The notes under the pieces are model-generated. The model was not told the origin of the DNA, ran no database searches, and worked only from the letters and a program-made list of their open reading frames with translations. A DNA stretch of 64,000 nt from an uncultured Phycisphaerales bacterium (lineage in GTDB: Bacteria > Planctomycetota > Phycisphaerae > Tepidisphaerales > Tepidisphaeraceae): the NCBI GenBank assembly GCA_963758525.1, contig CAVWVQ010000002.1, positions 32,001-96,000 of the forward strand, given 5' to 3'. Shown piece by piece: positions 51,366 to 62,539 of the stretch. Position 1 is the first letter of the stretch. Every line of letters begins with the position of its first letter. A program made the position numbers and the translations under genes.

Positions 51366-52132
51366 TCAGTGCTTGAAACCCTGCAGCGTGACGTAGGCGA
51401 GATATCCGAAGACGCCAACGGCAGCCAGGGCCGCGATCGACAGCACGATCGCAATGGTTAGTAGCGTCGTAAATCGTTTTCCCTGGCCGTTCAGGATGCG
51501 CTGCAGTTCGCCATCGCGGTTGCTCAGGTTGTCGCGCATCTGCTGGAGAACCTGCGTGCTGGTCTTGGAATGTTCGCTGACGGTTTCCATTGCGGAGCCG
51601 ACGCTGCCGAGGTTCTCCGAAATCTTTTGGTCGTGGCCGCGCATGGCCTGGACGTGGTCCTGCATGGTCTCGAGCACTCGGCCGTGCTCAGTCCCGGATT
51701 CGCCGATCTTCTCGAGGATCTCGCCCAGCTTCTGCTGCTGAGCCGATTGCCCCTGCATCTGCTGCTGAATCGCCTCCAGCGTCTCGGCCTGCAAGCGGCT
51801 GGTTTCGGGAAGTGATTGCAATGCCTGCGGAAGGTGAGAAAGGTATTGCAGCAGTTCATCCTGCCGTTGCGACTGGCGTTCCATGTTGTCGCGGATGGAG
51901 GTCATCAAGTCGCCGAGCGCCGCGATTCCGCCCTGCACGTTTTCGATTGCCTGATCGCGTTTCGCCCAGGGCCGCAGGAATGTGCTGCGCTGCTCGACAG
52001 GGCGCCCAGTGCGGTTGTCGCGCCGGACTCGCCGTTCTTGTCGTGAGCCTGCCCGATCGGATCGTTCTCCAGACGGGTGGCGTGTTTGAACCAGCTTCCG
52101 ATGCGGTTGATAATCGTGTTCGGCTCAGTCAT
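51366..52132 (-). CDS. Hypothetical coiled-coil protein with C-terminal TM, frameshift near 52003
   Basis: MTEPNTIINRIGSWFK... continues VEQRSTFLRPWAKRDQAIENVQGG...; Gln-rich coil; terminal TM. Confidence 0.65.
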
Positions 52133-52213
52133 GGCTCCATCCTTGTGTTTCGATGCCCTGATGCTGCGCGTTGGTTTGACAGCCTCACCTGCCAACTCTA
52201 ACATCCGCGCGCG

Positions 52214-53104
52214 ATGGGTCAACGACCGTCCCGGCCCGCAATCAAACTTTTTCTGCTTCTGGTATCGTCGTGGGGAATCGTCATCGCGGGCTGCGACCGA
52301 CGCGAGGTTCCACCGCGAGTGACCACTGGCGCCGCGGCTCCAACGGTTGTGTCGCTCGTCCCGGCGGCAACTGATCTGATTGTCGCAATGGGGGCCGCGG
52401 ATCACCTCGTGGGCGTCAGCAATTACGATCAGAATCCGCAGGTCAGCAACATCCGCCGGGTCGGCGATTACCTGACGACCGATTGGGAGCGGATCGTGGA
52501 GCTTCAGCCGCGGATTATCATCACGCAGTATGCCCCGGGGCGGACGCCGACTGGATTTGAGGAGCACGTTCGGGCGATCGGGAGCCGGCAGGAAAATCTG
52601 CACATCGATAGGGTCGATGACATTTTTGCCGCCCTGACTCGGCTTGGGGAAATTTGCGCCGAACCGCGGAAGGCGGACGCCGCGTCAAAGCGTCTGCAGC
52701 TTCAGTTGCAGATCATCAGACAGCGGACGGCTCCGATGGCTCCGACGCCAGCCTTAATCGTCGTGGACGAATCCGGTCAAAACGCCGCAGGCCCGCGAAC
52801 ATTTCTGGACGACCTGCTCACAATCGCCGGCGGAAGAAATGTCATTGATTCTTCGTCGCCTCCCTGGCCGGCGGTGGACAGGGAAACGCTCATCACTCTT
52901 GCGCCGCAAGTGATTATCCAGCTCCTGCCGGACGCATCTGCGCAAATTCGCGACGAGGCGATGCGTAATTGGAATACGTTGCCCTATTTGCCAGCCGTGC
53001 GAAATCACCGCATCATTCAGTTGACGGGGAGCGACGTGCTGCTTCCCGGGTATCACGTGGGAAATTTGGCCCAACAGTTTGAGCAGGCGCTGCATCGAGA
53101 ATGA
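52214..53104 (+). CDS. Helical-backbone substrate-binding lipoprotein (BtuF-like)
   Basis: Lipobox VIAGC, VVSLVPAATDLI, LVGVS, TFLDDLLTIAGGRN, LPAVRNHRI. Confidence 0.82.
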   Translation: MGQRPSRPAIKLFLLLVSSWGIVIAGCDRREVPPRVTTGAAAPTVVSLVPAATDLIVAMGAADHLVGVSNYDQNPQVSNIRRVGDYLTTDWERIVELQPRIIITQYAPGRTPTGFEEHVRAIGSRQENLHIDRVDDIFAALTRLGEICAEPRKADAASKRLQLQLQIIRQRTAPMAPTPALIVVDESGQNAAGPRTFLDDLLTIAGGRNVIDSSSPPWPAVDRETLITLAPQVIIQLLPDASAQIRDEAMRNWNTLPYLPAVRNHRIIQLTGSDVLLPGYHVGNLAQQFEQALHRE

Positions 53105-54113
53105 AACAATGGAATCTTCCCCGATTGCTGCTCTCGCTCCTGACGAGCCTGCTCGTCTGGGCGATGCCCGCGTTGCTGTGCATGTGTGTTGGGTCCAACG
53201 GACAGTTCGGCTGGCCGGGCGACGCTCGCGTGCGCGCGTTTCGGTTTGAGAGCGTTGGCGTGGCGTCGCTGGTTGGCGCGTCGCTTGCCGCGGCGGGCGT
53301 TGTCTATCAGGCAATTCTTCGCAATCCGCTGGCCGATCCTTATTTGCTTGGCGTCAGCAGCGGAGCTTCGCTCATGGCGTACATTTGGGGATTCCAATTC
53401 GCCAACAGCCTCTTCGGCGCGACGCTGGTGGCGCTGGGTCAGCAGGCGTTTGCATTTGCGGGTGCGCTGGGCGCCGTCGGCATCGTACTGACGCTCGCCA
53501 GCAGGCGCGGGAGAATGCAGCCGGTGACGCTGCTGCTGGTCGGTGTCATTGTCAACGCGATCGCCGGATCATTGTTTCTGATGCTCAACGCGATGCGCCC
53601 GAACGCCTCGCGGGCACCGGCTCGGCGCTGGCGTTTCTCGTGGGCGGGATTCAGACCAATCTCAGCGGCGCGCAGAAAATGTTTGCCGCGACGTGCGCAG
53701 CGGCGGGTTGGCTTGTACTTTTGTACATCACCGGCCAGCTCAACGTCGCCGGGCTCAGCGAGCCCGAGGCCGAGGCTTTGGGCGTGCGGATTCATCGCCT
53801 GCGCTGGGTGGCTCTGGGCGTGGCGTCGATCGTCACGGCCGCGGGAGTCGCGGTCAGCGGGCCGATCGGATTCGTCGGATTGATCTGCCCGCATCTGGCG
53901 CGATCGATCGTCGGGCGCGATCATCGCCGGCTGCTTCCCATCGCAACCGCGTGCGGGGCCGCGCTGCTTCCGCTGGCGGACGCGGGCTCGCGTCTTTTTT
54001 CCAGCACGGGCAGGACGCTGCTCCCAGTCGGCGTTCTCACCTCGCTGCTCGGCGGACCGTTCTTTCTGTACCTTCTCTGGCGCAATCGCGCCGACCCCGG
54101 GATTGCCAACTGA
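53101..54113 (+). CDS. FecCD/BtuC-family ABC permease, frameshift near 53598
   Basis: RNPLADPYLLGVSSGA, EAEALG, GPIGFVGLICPH, LPVGVLTSLLGGPFF. Confidence 0.88.
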
Positions 54114-54114
54114 C

Positions 54115-54912
54115 ATGCTGCTGTCTGCCTCTCATCTGGACGTTTCCTACGGTCGTCATGCAGCGCTGGCGGACGTCTCGTTCGCGATTGCCGCGGGCGA
54201 AGTCGTTGCTCTGCTGGGCCCCAACGGCAGCGGCAAGAGCACGCTGCTGCGAACGCTTCTGCGGCAGCTTCCTTCCAGCGGATCGATCGAGTGGCACGGC
54301 AGGCCCCTGGCGCAATGGCCGATGCCCGAGCTGGCGCGGAAAGTCGCGTATCTGGCGCAGCTCCCCGCTTGGGAGTCGGGACAAACGGTGGGTGAAACGC
54401 TGCGCCTCGGCCGAGCCCCATATCTGCGGGCCTTTGGCGTCGAATCGAAACATGACATGAAGGTCATTGCCGACATCACGAGCCGTCTTGGGCTCGACAA
54501 GCTGGTCCATCGTCCTCTTGAAAGTCTTTCCGGCGGCCAGCGGCAGCGGGTGTTCGTCGCGCGGTGTCTGATCCAGGAACCCGAGGCGCTGCTCCTGGAT
54601 GAGCCCAGCACGCATCTCGATCTAAAGCACCAGGTCGAGTTGGGAGAACTGCTCCGTTCGCTTTCGCGCGAACAGGGTCTGGCAGTGTTGATGGCGTCGC
54701 ACGATCTGAATCTCGCCGGCGCGTTTGCGGATCGGCTGCTTCTGCTTCACGATGGGAAGCTTGTTGCGGATGGGGCGCCGGCGCAGGTGCTGCACCCGAC
54801 TGTGCTCGAACCGGTCTATGGCGTCGCATTGATGCGGATCGAGACGCCTGGTCACGCGACGCCGGTTATTGCCCCTATCTTCTCCAAGGGCCCGCGGAAC
54901 CTGCCAACCTAG
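54115..54912 (+). CDS. Iron-chelate/cobalamin ABC transporter ATPase
   Basis: GPNGSGKST, LSGGQRQR, LLLDEP, HDLNLA. Confidence 0.92.
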   Translation: MLLSASHLDVSYGRHAALADVSFAIAAGEVVALLGPNGSGKSTLLRTLLRQLPSSGSIEWHGRPLAQWPMPELARKVAYLAQLPAWESGQTVGETLRLGRAPYLRAFGVESKHDMKVIADITSRLGLDKLVHRPLESLSGGQRQRVFVARCLIQEPEALLLDEPSTHLDLKHQVELGELLRSLSREQGLAVLMASHDLNLAGAFADRLLLLHDGKLVADGAPAQVLHPTVLEPVYGVALMRIETPGHATPVIAPIFSKGPRNLPT

Positions 54913-54938
54913 AGCAGTTCTCGGGTTGGATGTGCCGT

Positions 54939-54993
54939 TGTGGTGCGGGCTTCCAGCCTGCTCCTTAGAGTCAGGCTGGAAGCCCGCAACACA
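54939..54993. repeat. REP-like inverted pair
   Basis: TGTGGTGCGGGCTTCCAGCCTG ... CAGGCTGGAAGCCCGCAACACA. Confidence 0.7.
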
Positions 54994-55141
54994 ATGGGCC
55001 GCCACTCCAAGCTGAAAACTGCCCCGATGCCGTGGTTTTTCACGGAAAAATCTTTTCTTTCCCCTGTCCGGATTTCTTCAACGCCACCATCCGGGTTTGG
55101 TAACTGCTTGTGTCCAACTGGACAACAGCTCAAGTCGTATC

Positions 55142-56965
55142 ATGCGTGTTGACCGAGTCAAAAGATGGCAGTGGATTCTGATCGGCCTGGCGATTGGGCT
55201 GGTGCTGGCGTATCTGCAGTTGTCGTTGGGGCCTGAAGGCTTTGTCTTTGCCGGACAACACAGTTCCGTCGGGCAGGAGGAGTTTGAACGGGCGATCGCG
55301 CATCCGCCGATTCAAGGGAATCCGGTTGTCAAAAACTTGCGCGTCTATCCGGACGGCAACAAATTTCTGGTCGAGTTTTCCTACCTCCAGCATTTGGGCG
55401 ATCCGAAAAATCCGCTCAAGAACGGGTATCGGGACTGCGTTCTGACCACGGACGTGCCGTTTCAACCCGTGGCTGATTTGACCAAGACGGTGAACGTCGG
55501 CATTCACCCCGCGATGTCTTGGCGCAAGTCAAAGACGCCGGGATTGGTCAAGGTCAACATGTGGCCTCGCCCGGCGACCGCGCAATTTACCGGTTGGAAA
55601 ATCGCGGATGGCGGCGCAGCCGACCCGGGCGCCGACGGGCAGGTGGTCATGGCATTGCGTGCCGCCGACTACAAGTTCACGCTCTCTGCCTTGGGCGCGA
55701 CTGCGGCGCAGGTTGGGCAGTTGTCGATCAAGCTGAACGATCATCCGCTTGCGCCGCTGACCCTGGCGCCACCGGTGGCGGGCATGGCGCTCTGGCAAAC
55801 GACGCTGCCGGGCAGCGCGTTCGTAAAAGCCGACCGACAGGTGCTGCATGTCTCGCGCGGCGCGCAACCCGTCGCCATTCAAGAGATCCGTCTGCTGGAC
55901 CCGACCTATACGGTCGTCGATTATCTGCGCGAGATGGCGCTGCAGCACCCGCAGGCCGCCTATCACGTCGGCTGGTGGACGCAGCCCCGGGCGTTAATCC
56001 TGCTGTGGACAATTGGCTGCGTCGTGCTCGTTGGCGGCGTCTGGCCGACGATCATCCGGTTGATCAACGGAAGCCCGCCGCAACCCGCTCCCGCCGAGCC
56101 GCAGGCCCTTCTCAACGCGTCTCCTGCTGCCCCTGCGCCGCCGCTGAAGCCGGCGACTGATTTCGCCTTCAGCAATGATGAACGAGAAGAAGTGGTCGGC
56201 GCGCAAGCCGCCGTGAGCGGTCACGCCGCGGCCGGGTTGGAGGATCGCGTGCCCGCATTCTCGAACGCGCCGCTGCCGGAGCCTGTTTCCGCTACGGCAA
56301 CAATGTCCAAGCCCGAGAAGAAGGATTTCAAGGGGGCGTATTACCCCGTTCGTCGAAGAGCCTCTGAAGGGTTTTCCCTCGTCGAATTGCTCGTGGTGAT
56401 CGGCATTATCGCAATGCTGTTGGCGCTTCTCATGCCGTCACTGGCACGCGCGCGGCAGGAGTCGCAGCGGGTGCAATGCATGTCGAACATGCGCCAGGTG
56501 GGTTTGCTGCTGCTGAATTACTCCAACGCCTGGAAGGGTCCGATGTTTCCGCCGCTGCTGGGAGACAGTCAGCCGGTGACCAATCGCTGGCCCGTCTTTG
56601 TCTTCGATCCGCCGGTTTACAATCCTCCGATCATGACCTGCCCCAGTGACATGGAGCCGATGGACGAGCACACCTATCTCTGCAACAGCCATCTGACCGA
56701 GCTTCATGTGACCTATTCGAACACGCAGGCATTTGGCGTAACGCCCTCTGAAGTCATCGTCATGGGAGAGAAAACATCGACGATGCCCGATTACTACATG
56801 GACTCGGTGGCTGGCGATTACACCACCAAGGTGGACTTTTACAAGCACGGCCCGCAGATCGGGTCAAACTATCTCTATCTGGATCTTCACGTCGAAACGA
56901 ATACGAAAAAGACATCGGTCGCGGATATCGATCCGTGGGATCCGACCGTTCCCGCGGCACCGTAG
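55142..56965 (+). CDS. Two-TM membrane protein fused to an internal prepilin-type/DUF1559-like domain
   Basis: TM1, extracytoplasmic domain, TM2, linker, then RRASEG/FSLVELLVVIGIIAMLLALLMPSL..CMSNMRQ..HGPQIGSNYLYLDLHV. Confidence 0.75.
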   Translation: MRVDRVKRWQWILIGLAIGLVLAYLQLSLGPEGFVFAGQHSSVGQEEFERAIAHPPIQGNPVVKNLRVYPDGNKFLVEFSYLQHLGDPKNPLKNGYRDCVLTTDVPFQPVADLTKTVNVGIHPAMSWRKSKTPGLVKVNMWPRPATAQFTGWKIADGGAADPGADGQVVMALRAADYKFTLSALGATAAQVGQLSIKLNDHPLAPLTLAPPVAGMALWQTTLPGSAFVKADRQVLHVSRGAQPVAIQEIRLLDPTYTVVDYLREMALQHPQAAYHVGWWTQPRALILLWTIGCVVLVGGVWPTIIRLINGSPPQPAPAEPQALLNASPAAPAPPLKPATDFAFSNDEREEVVGAQAAVSGHAAAGLEDRVPAFSNAPLPEPVSATATMSKPEKKDFKGAYYPVRRRASEGFSLVELLVVIGIIAMLLALLMPSLARARQESQRVQCMSNMRQVGLLLLNYSNAWKGPMFPPLLGDSQPVTNRWPVFVFDPPVYNPPIMTCPSDMEPMDEHTYLCNSHLTELHVTYSNTQAFGVTPSEVIVMGEKTSTMPDYYMDSVAGDYTTKVDFYKHGPQIGSNYLYLDLHVETNTKKTSVADIDPWDPTVPAAP

Positions 56966-57255
56966 AAGAGTGAGCGAGGGAATTTTTTTTCCAAGGCGCT
57001 GTGCCCGTTATCTGCCATGCGAAGCAGCGGAAGGCGCCGCGGCTTCGCAGCGCGAACACTCAAAACTCACTCGCCCGCCGAACGAACTTCCGCGACCCGC
57101 GCCGAGCAACTTGCGGTGCACGCGCGTTATTGCGCCACCCCCCCTCCCGGAGTACCGGGAGAGGGGGTGGCGCGCGGGGACGGTCGTGGAGTCGTGCACC
57201 CGCAACCCCCTCCGAGATTGTGACTCCGCTCTCCTGTCACTACACTTTGCATGCG

Positions 57256-58424
57256 ATGAAAATTCACGAATATCAGGCGCGTCAAATTCTCTCCGATGCA
57301 GGCATTCCCGTTCCTTCCGCCGAGGTCGTTCGCTCGGTCGATGAGGCAGCGGCGGCGTTCAAGCAGTTCAACATGCCAATGTGCGTTGTGAAGGCGCAGG
57401 TGTACGCAGGCGGGCGCGGAAAGGCGGGCTTCGTCAAGCTGGTCAAATCCGCTGAAGAGGCGCGGGCGGCGGCGAAGTTCATGCTGAACAATCGCATGAC
57501 CAGCTATCAGACCGGGCCGGAGGGCGTGCCCGTATCGGTGCTGATCGTCGCGCCCGGCGTCGACATCGCCAGGGAATATTACCTGGGAATCACCATCGAT
57601 CGCAGCCGCAACACGGTCACGATGATCGCCTCGGCAGAGGGCGGCGTGGATATCGAAGAGGTCGCCAGGAAGTCGCCGGAAAAAGTGCTGAAGGAGCCGT
57701 TTCATCCGCTTCTGGGCCTGCAGGGATATCAGGCGCGCGATCTCGCCTACAAGCTGGGCTTCAAAGATAAGATGGCCGGCGAAGCTGCCAAGCTGATGAT
57801 GAACCTCGCGAAAGTCGCCCTGAAAACGGACGCGTCGCTGGCGGAGATCAATCCGCTGGTGGTCACGAAGGAAGGGAAGCTTCTCGCGATCGACGCCAAG
57901 ATCAACTTCGACGACAACGCGATGTTTCGTCATCCCGACATCAACGCGATGGCCGACGAATCGCAGGAGCGCCCCTGGACGTTCGCGCCCACAAAGCAAG
58001 TCTCAACTACATCGCGCTGGACGGAACCATCGGATGCCTCGTCAACGGAGCCGGCCTGGCGATGGCCACCATGGACATCATCAAGCTGCACGGCGCCGAG
58101 CCTGCGAATTTTCTGGATGTCGGCGGCTCCGTCACGTCAGAGGGCGCGATCGAAGCCTTTCGCATCATCCTTTCCGACCCGAAGGTCAAGGGCATTCTCG
58201 TCAATATCTTCGGCGGAATCGCCAAGTGCGACCTCATTGCCGAAGCCCTGGTGCTGGCGGGGAAGGAAGTCGGATTCCAAGTGCCGGTTGTTGTCCGGCT
58301 CGAAGGAACCAACGTCGAAAAAGCGCGCGAAATTCTCAAGGCCGCCAAGGGCGACATGCCAACGCTGCAAACGGCATCGGATCTGACCGACGCGGCGAAG
58401 AAGGTGGTTGCCGCGGTTCAGTAA
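57256..58424 (+). CDS. sucC: Succinyl-CoA synthetase beta subunit, frameshift near 57970
   Basis: [35 protein letters not shown], then [24 protein letters not shown]. Confidence 0.94.
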
Positions 58425-58442
58425 GCGGCGCGAGCCGGTTCC

Positions 58443-58567
58443 GCGATCTTCGTCGATCTCAAATCTGAAATTTCAAATCTCCTGCGATCTTCTCCGATCT
58501 CAAATTCTGAAATTTCAAATCGCCTGCGATCTTCTCCGATCTCAAATTCTGAAATTTCAAATCGCCT
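58443..58567. repeat. Three tandem 41-42 bp repeats
   Basis: GCGATCTTCTCCGATCTCAAATTCTGAAATTTCAAATCGCCT x3, no spacers. Confidence 0.85.
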
Positions 58568-59732
58568 AATGCTCCGGCAGCACCTCAATCAACTTGTCCA
58601 TCTGCTCGTCGGTGTTGTAAAAATGCGGAGAGACCCGCAATCGCCCCTCGCGCAGGGCAATTTCCGTCTGATGCTTTCGCAGCCGCTGGATGATCTCCTG
58701 GTGATTGAGCGTCGGTGAAACGAAGCTAACGATCCCGCTCCAGTCGAAATTGCTGCGCGGACTGACCACCTGATACCCCTTCATCATCAGGCCGAGAATC
58801 AGACGATCGGTGAGGAGTTTGAGCCGTTGGGCGATCAGATCGACGCCAATGCCTTTCAGCAGTTCAAGCGAAACCTTCAGCGCCAGCAGCCCCGGCACGT
58901 TTAAGCTGCCGCATTCGAACCGCCCGGCGTCGGGACGGAGCGTGTAGTCGTAATTGCCGTAGTTCTGGGCATCGACGACATTCATCCAGCCGATCATCAG
59001 CGGGCGGGTGCGCTCCAGCAGATCGCGCCGGCAGTAGAAGATACCGGCGCCCTCGGGACCGAGCAGCCATTTGTGACCGTCGGCTGAGAGGTAGTCGATG
59101 TTCATCGCCTGCACGTCGAGCGGGATCGCGCCCAATGACTGGATCGCATCGACGCAGAAATACTTGTTGTTCTCCCTGCAGTATTTTCCGATGACCGCCA
59201 GATCGTGACGCTGGCCGCTGGCGTACTCGACGTGAGAGAGCGTGACCACCTTGGTCTTCGGATCCCTGGCTTCTTCGAGAATCTTCTCCAGCGGAACATA
59301 ACGCCGCCCGGCGGCATCGGATTCCTCCGGCACCATCACGAGCTTTACGCCGCGGTTGCGAACCTGCTCCATCCAGGGGTAGATGTTGGCCGGATACTCG
59401 ATGGCGGTGGTCACCACGCGATCCCCCCACTGCCAGTCGATGCCGTTGGCCACGATGCTGATTCCTTCGCTTGTGTTTTTCACGAAGGCAACCTCATCGC
59501 GATGCGCGCCGATGAGCTCGGCGGCCGAGATGCGCAGCGACTCGATGTCGCGATACCACTGCGAATGCAGATACGCCGACTGCTCGGCCCGTTCGGCGTA
59601 AGCGCGAATCGCCTTGGCGCCGACGTGCGGAAGCGGCGCGACCCCCGCGTGGTTGAAGAACTGCCATTGGGACAGAATCGGAAATGCCCGGGAGTTTCCG
59701 ACGAGGGCGTGAATGTTTTCTCCAACGCTCAT
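58566..59732 (-). CDS. Class V PLP aminotransferase (cysteine desulfurase/isopenicillin epimerase-like)
   Basis: FFNHAG, NTSEG, VDAIQSLG, ADGHKWLLGPEG, RVSPHFYNT. Confidence 0.88.
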   Translation of the reverse strand: MSVGENIHALVGNSRAFPILSQWQFFNHAGVAPLPHVGAKAIRAYAERAEQSAYLHSQWYRDIESLRISAAELIGAHRDEVAFVKNTSEGISIVANGIDWQWGDRVVTTAIEYPANIYPWMEQVRNRGVKLVMVPEESDAAGRRYVPLEKILEEARDPKTKVVTLSHVEYASGQRHDLAVIGKYCRENNKYFCVDAIQSLGAIPLDVQAMNIDYLSADGHKWLLGPEGAGIFYCRRDLLERTRPLMIGWMNVVDAQNYGNYDYTLRPDAGRFECGSLNVPGLLALKVSLELLKGIGVDLIAQRLKLLTDRLILGLMMKGYQVVSPRSNFDWSGIVSFVSPTLNHQEIIQRLRKHQTEIALREGRLRVSPHFYNTDEQMDKLIEVLPEH

Positions 59733-59838
59733 GTTTGGTTCGCGTATCGTATAATAACTGGCGGCGGGCAAGCCCGTCCCGCTCAGCGGTTTTTCCCGCT
59801 CAGTTGAACCTGACCCGACGGAAAGGCTTCGATTCGGC

Positions 59839-62470
59839 ATGCTCTCCACGCTTTCGCGTCAGCGCCTCCCGCTTCTCGCGGCGCCGCTGACATTACTTAT
59901 AGCATCGATGTTGACTCGGGTCGTCCAGGCTGACCCGCAAGACATCGTCCGTAACGCAATTCCCCAGAGCTGGCTCACTCCGTTCTTACCCGAAGACCTG
60001 CCCGCCCTGCAATACCCCACTTACTATAACGACCTTGATAAAGCGCAGGCGCAGGCGTTTCACGGCCGGTACCGCCAGGCGCTGATCACGCTCGGACAGA
60101 TTCACGCGCAACAGCCACAGCAGCAGATTTTGGCCGCCCGCACCCGCGCCACGGCGCTGGCGGCTCTTGGTGAATTTGATTCGGCGCTGGACGTGCTCGG
60201 CAGGACGCCCGCGTCGAACGACCCCGCCGCGCAAATCCTGCGGGTTCAATTGCTGAGCAAACTCGACCGCGTTGATGAGGCGCAGGCGATTCTGGTCAGA
60301 CTCCTCGTCGACCATCCTGACTCCATCGGCGCGCACTATTGGCTCGGCGTCGTCCTCGAGAAGCTTGGCAAGACAACGGAAGCGTCGCGCGCCTACGCCT
60401 GGTTTGCAGAAAAGCCCCAGGCGTTTCTGGAGAAATGGCAGAGCGGCGCGCAGGGGCCGTTTGAAGATGCGCAGAACGTCACGTGGATCGGCCAGGCGAT
60501 CGATCGCTGGGCTGCGCTCACCGAGGCGTATCGCAATAATCCGGCGCTTGACCGCACCATTTTGGGAATTTTCGTCCGCGTCTATGACGAAATCGATCGC
60601 GAGTTCTGGCCGGCCCATCTCGCGGCGGCGGAATACTTTGCCTCGCACGACCAGCGCAAGGAGGCGATGCAGGAACTCGGCGCCGCGCTCGAAGCGAACC
60701 CCTGTTATGAACCGACGTGGAACCGCCTGAGCCGGTTGAAGCTGCAGGAGTTTGATTTCGACTCGGCCGACGGGTGCGTCGATGAGATGCGGGCGGTCAA
60801 CCCCGACTCCACCGCGGCCGATCTGCTGGCGGCGCGAAGCTTCCTCGCGCAGCGCCGCCCGGAGGAGGCCGCGCCGATCGTCGAGCGCGTGTTGATGGTT
60901 CTGCCTCACGACCTCGAGGCGCTGGGTCTGGCAGCGGCCACCAGCGCATTGCAGTTGAAGGACGAACAGACCGCCGAGATTCTCGCGCGCGTCGACAAAA
61001 TCGATCCTAATAATGCGACCGCCTGCTTTGAGGTGGCTGAGCAACTGGGCGCAATGCGGCAATACCCGCGCGCCGCCGAGAAATACAAGATCGCCATTGC
61101 CAGAGCCCCCTGGTGGACATCGGCTCAAAACGGCCTGGGCCTGCTGTATACCCAGAGCGGCGATGAAGCCGACGCGCACGTCGTGCTGAACGCGGCACAC
61201 GAGCTGGATCCATTCAATCTTGCAACCACCAATTACCTGCGCCTCCTGGACATGATGGACGGATTTGCGCAAAAAGAATCGGCGCATTTCATCGTGATGT
61301 ACGATGCCAAAGCCGACCCGGTGATTCCTGAGTACTTCAGCGAATATCTGGAGAGCGTGCAGGCCGACATCTGCGCAGTTTCACTACACGCCGCCGCTCA
61401 AAACCTATATTGAAGTCTTTCCGACGCACGACGCGTTCTCGGTGCGGACGACGGGCTCACCCTGGATCGGCACCGTCGGCGCCAGCACCGGCCGGGTGAT
61501 CGCGCTGGTGTCGCCGCGCGGTGGCGAAGGAACGCTGGGCACGTTCAACTGGTCGCAGGTTCTCCGTCACGAATACACTCACACCGTAACGCTTGGCGCA
61601 ACCGACAATCGCATTCAGCACTGGATGACCGAAGGATTGGCGGTCAATGAAGAGAACGCGCCGATGCGATGGGAATGGGTGCCGATGCTGTATCAGGCGG
61701 TGAAGGGCCACGCGCTGTTTCCGCTGGACAAGCTCACCTGGGCTTTCGTCCGTCCGAAGCGCCCGATCGACCGGCAGCTTGCGTATGCCGAGTCATTCTG
61801 GATCTGCAAATACGTCGAGGAGATTTACGGCCACGACGCGATCCTGCGGATGCTCGACGATTGCCGCAACGCACTGCCGCAGGAACGGTTCTTTCCAAAG
61901 GAAACCGGCCGATCGATGCCGCAGTTCCAGGCCGATTTCTTTGCCTGGTGCGACAAGCAGATCGCGACGTGGGGCTACGACAAGCAATCCAGCGAAAAAT
62001 ACGCAACGCTGCGCGAGGAAGCTGACATGCTCCTGAAATCGCGCGACTACCCCGGTGCTGCCAGGAAGTGGGAGCAAATCGCGGCGATTCGTCCCGTCGA
62101 CGCCCTGCCGCACCAGCGGCTCGCGGGAATCTACCTCTCCAAGGAGCTGCGCGATCCGGAAAAGGCAATCGAGCAGCTCTCGATTCTTGAGAAAGTGGAG
62201 TTGAAGGACAATCGCTACGCGAAGCGTATCGCCCGGCTCTGTCGCGACGAGGGAAAATGGAGCGACGAAGCGCGCTATGCGCTCACGGCCGTGTACATCG
62301 ATCCCTACGACACCTCGGCTCACGAACTACTTGCCGGCGCGTGTGAGAAGACTGGCGATCAGAAGGGATTGGAGCGGGAACGGCGGGTGATGGATGTTCT
62401 GGCGAAGTGGAAGGAAGCGCAGACAACGCCGGACGCAAGCGGAGGCGGCAAACCTGCGCCGGGCAGCTAA
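59839..62470 (+). CDS. Exported TPR protein with peptidase MA-like (HExxH) domain, frameshift near 61375
   Basis: Signal peptide, TPRs, ESAHFIV, VLRHEYTH...WMTEGLAV, LAYAES. Confidence 0.8.
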
Positions 62471-62539
62471 ATTCATAGCGGTCAAATACCAATTCACTTG
62501 CTGCGCGCGGCTTCGATCGCGGGTTGTTAGGATACCGTG

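Noticed and set aside
52133..52213. Cobalamin riboswitch before the BtuF-like gene
   Set aside because: The gap is only about 80 bp and no B12-box motif is visible.
42454..58424. hisC, sucC, permease and others as real pseudogenes or programmed frameshifts
   Set aside because: Both halves are intact, there are no slippery heptamers and the indels share a GCGC context; sequencing error is more parsimonious.
58443..58567. Possible CRISPR array
   Set aside because: Units are directly adjacent with no unique spacers; no cas genes in the window.
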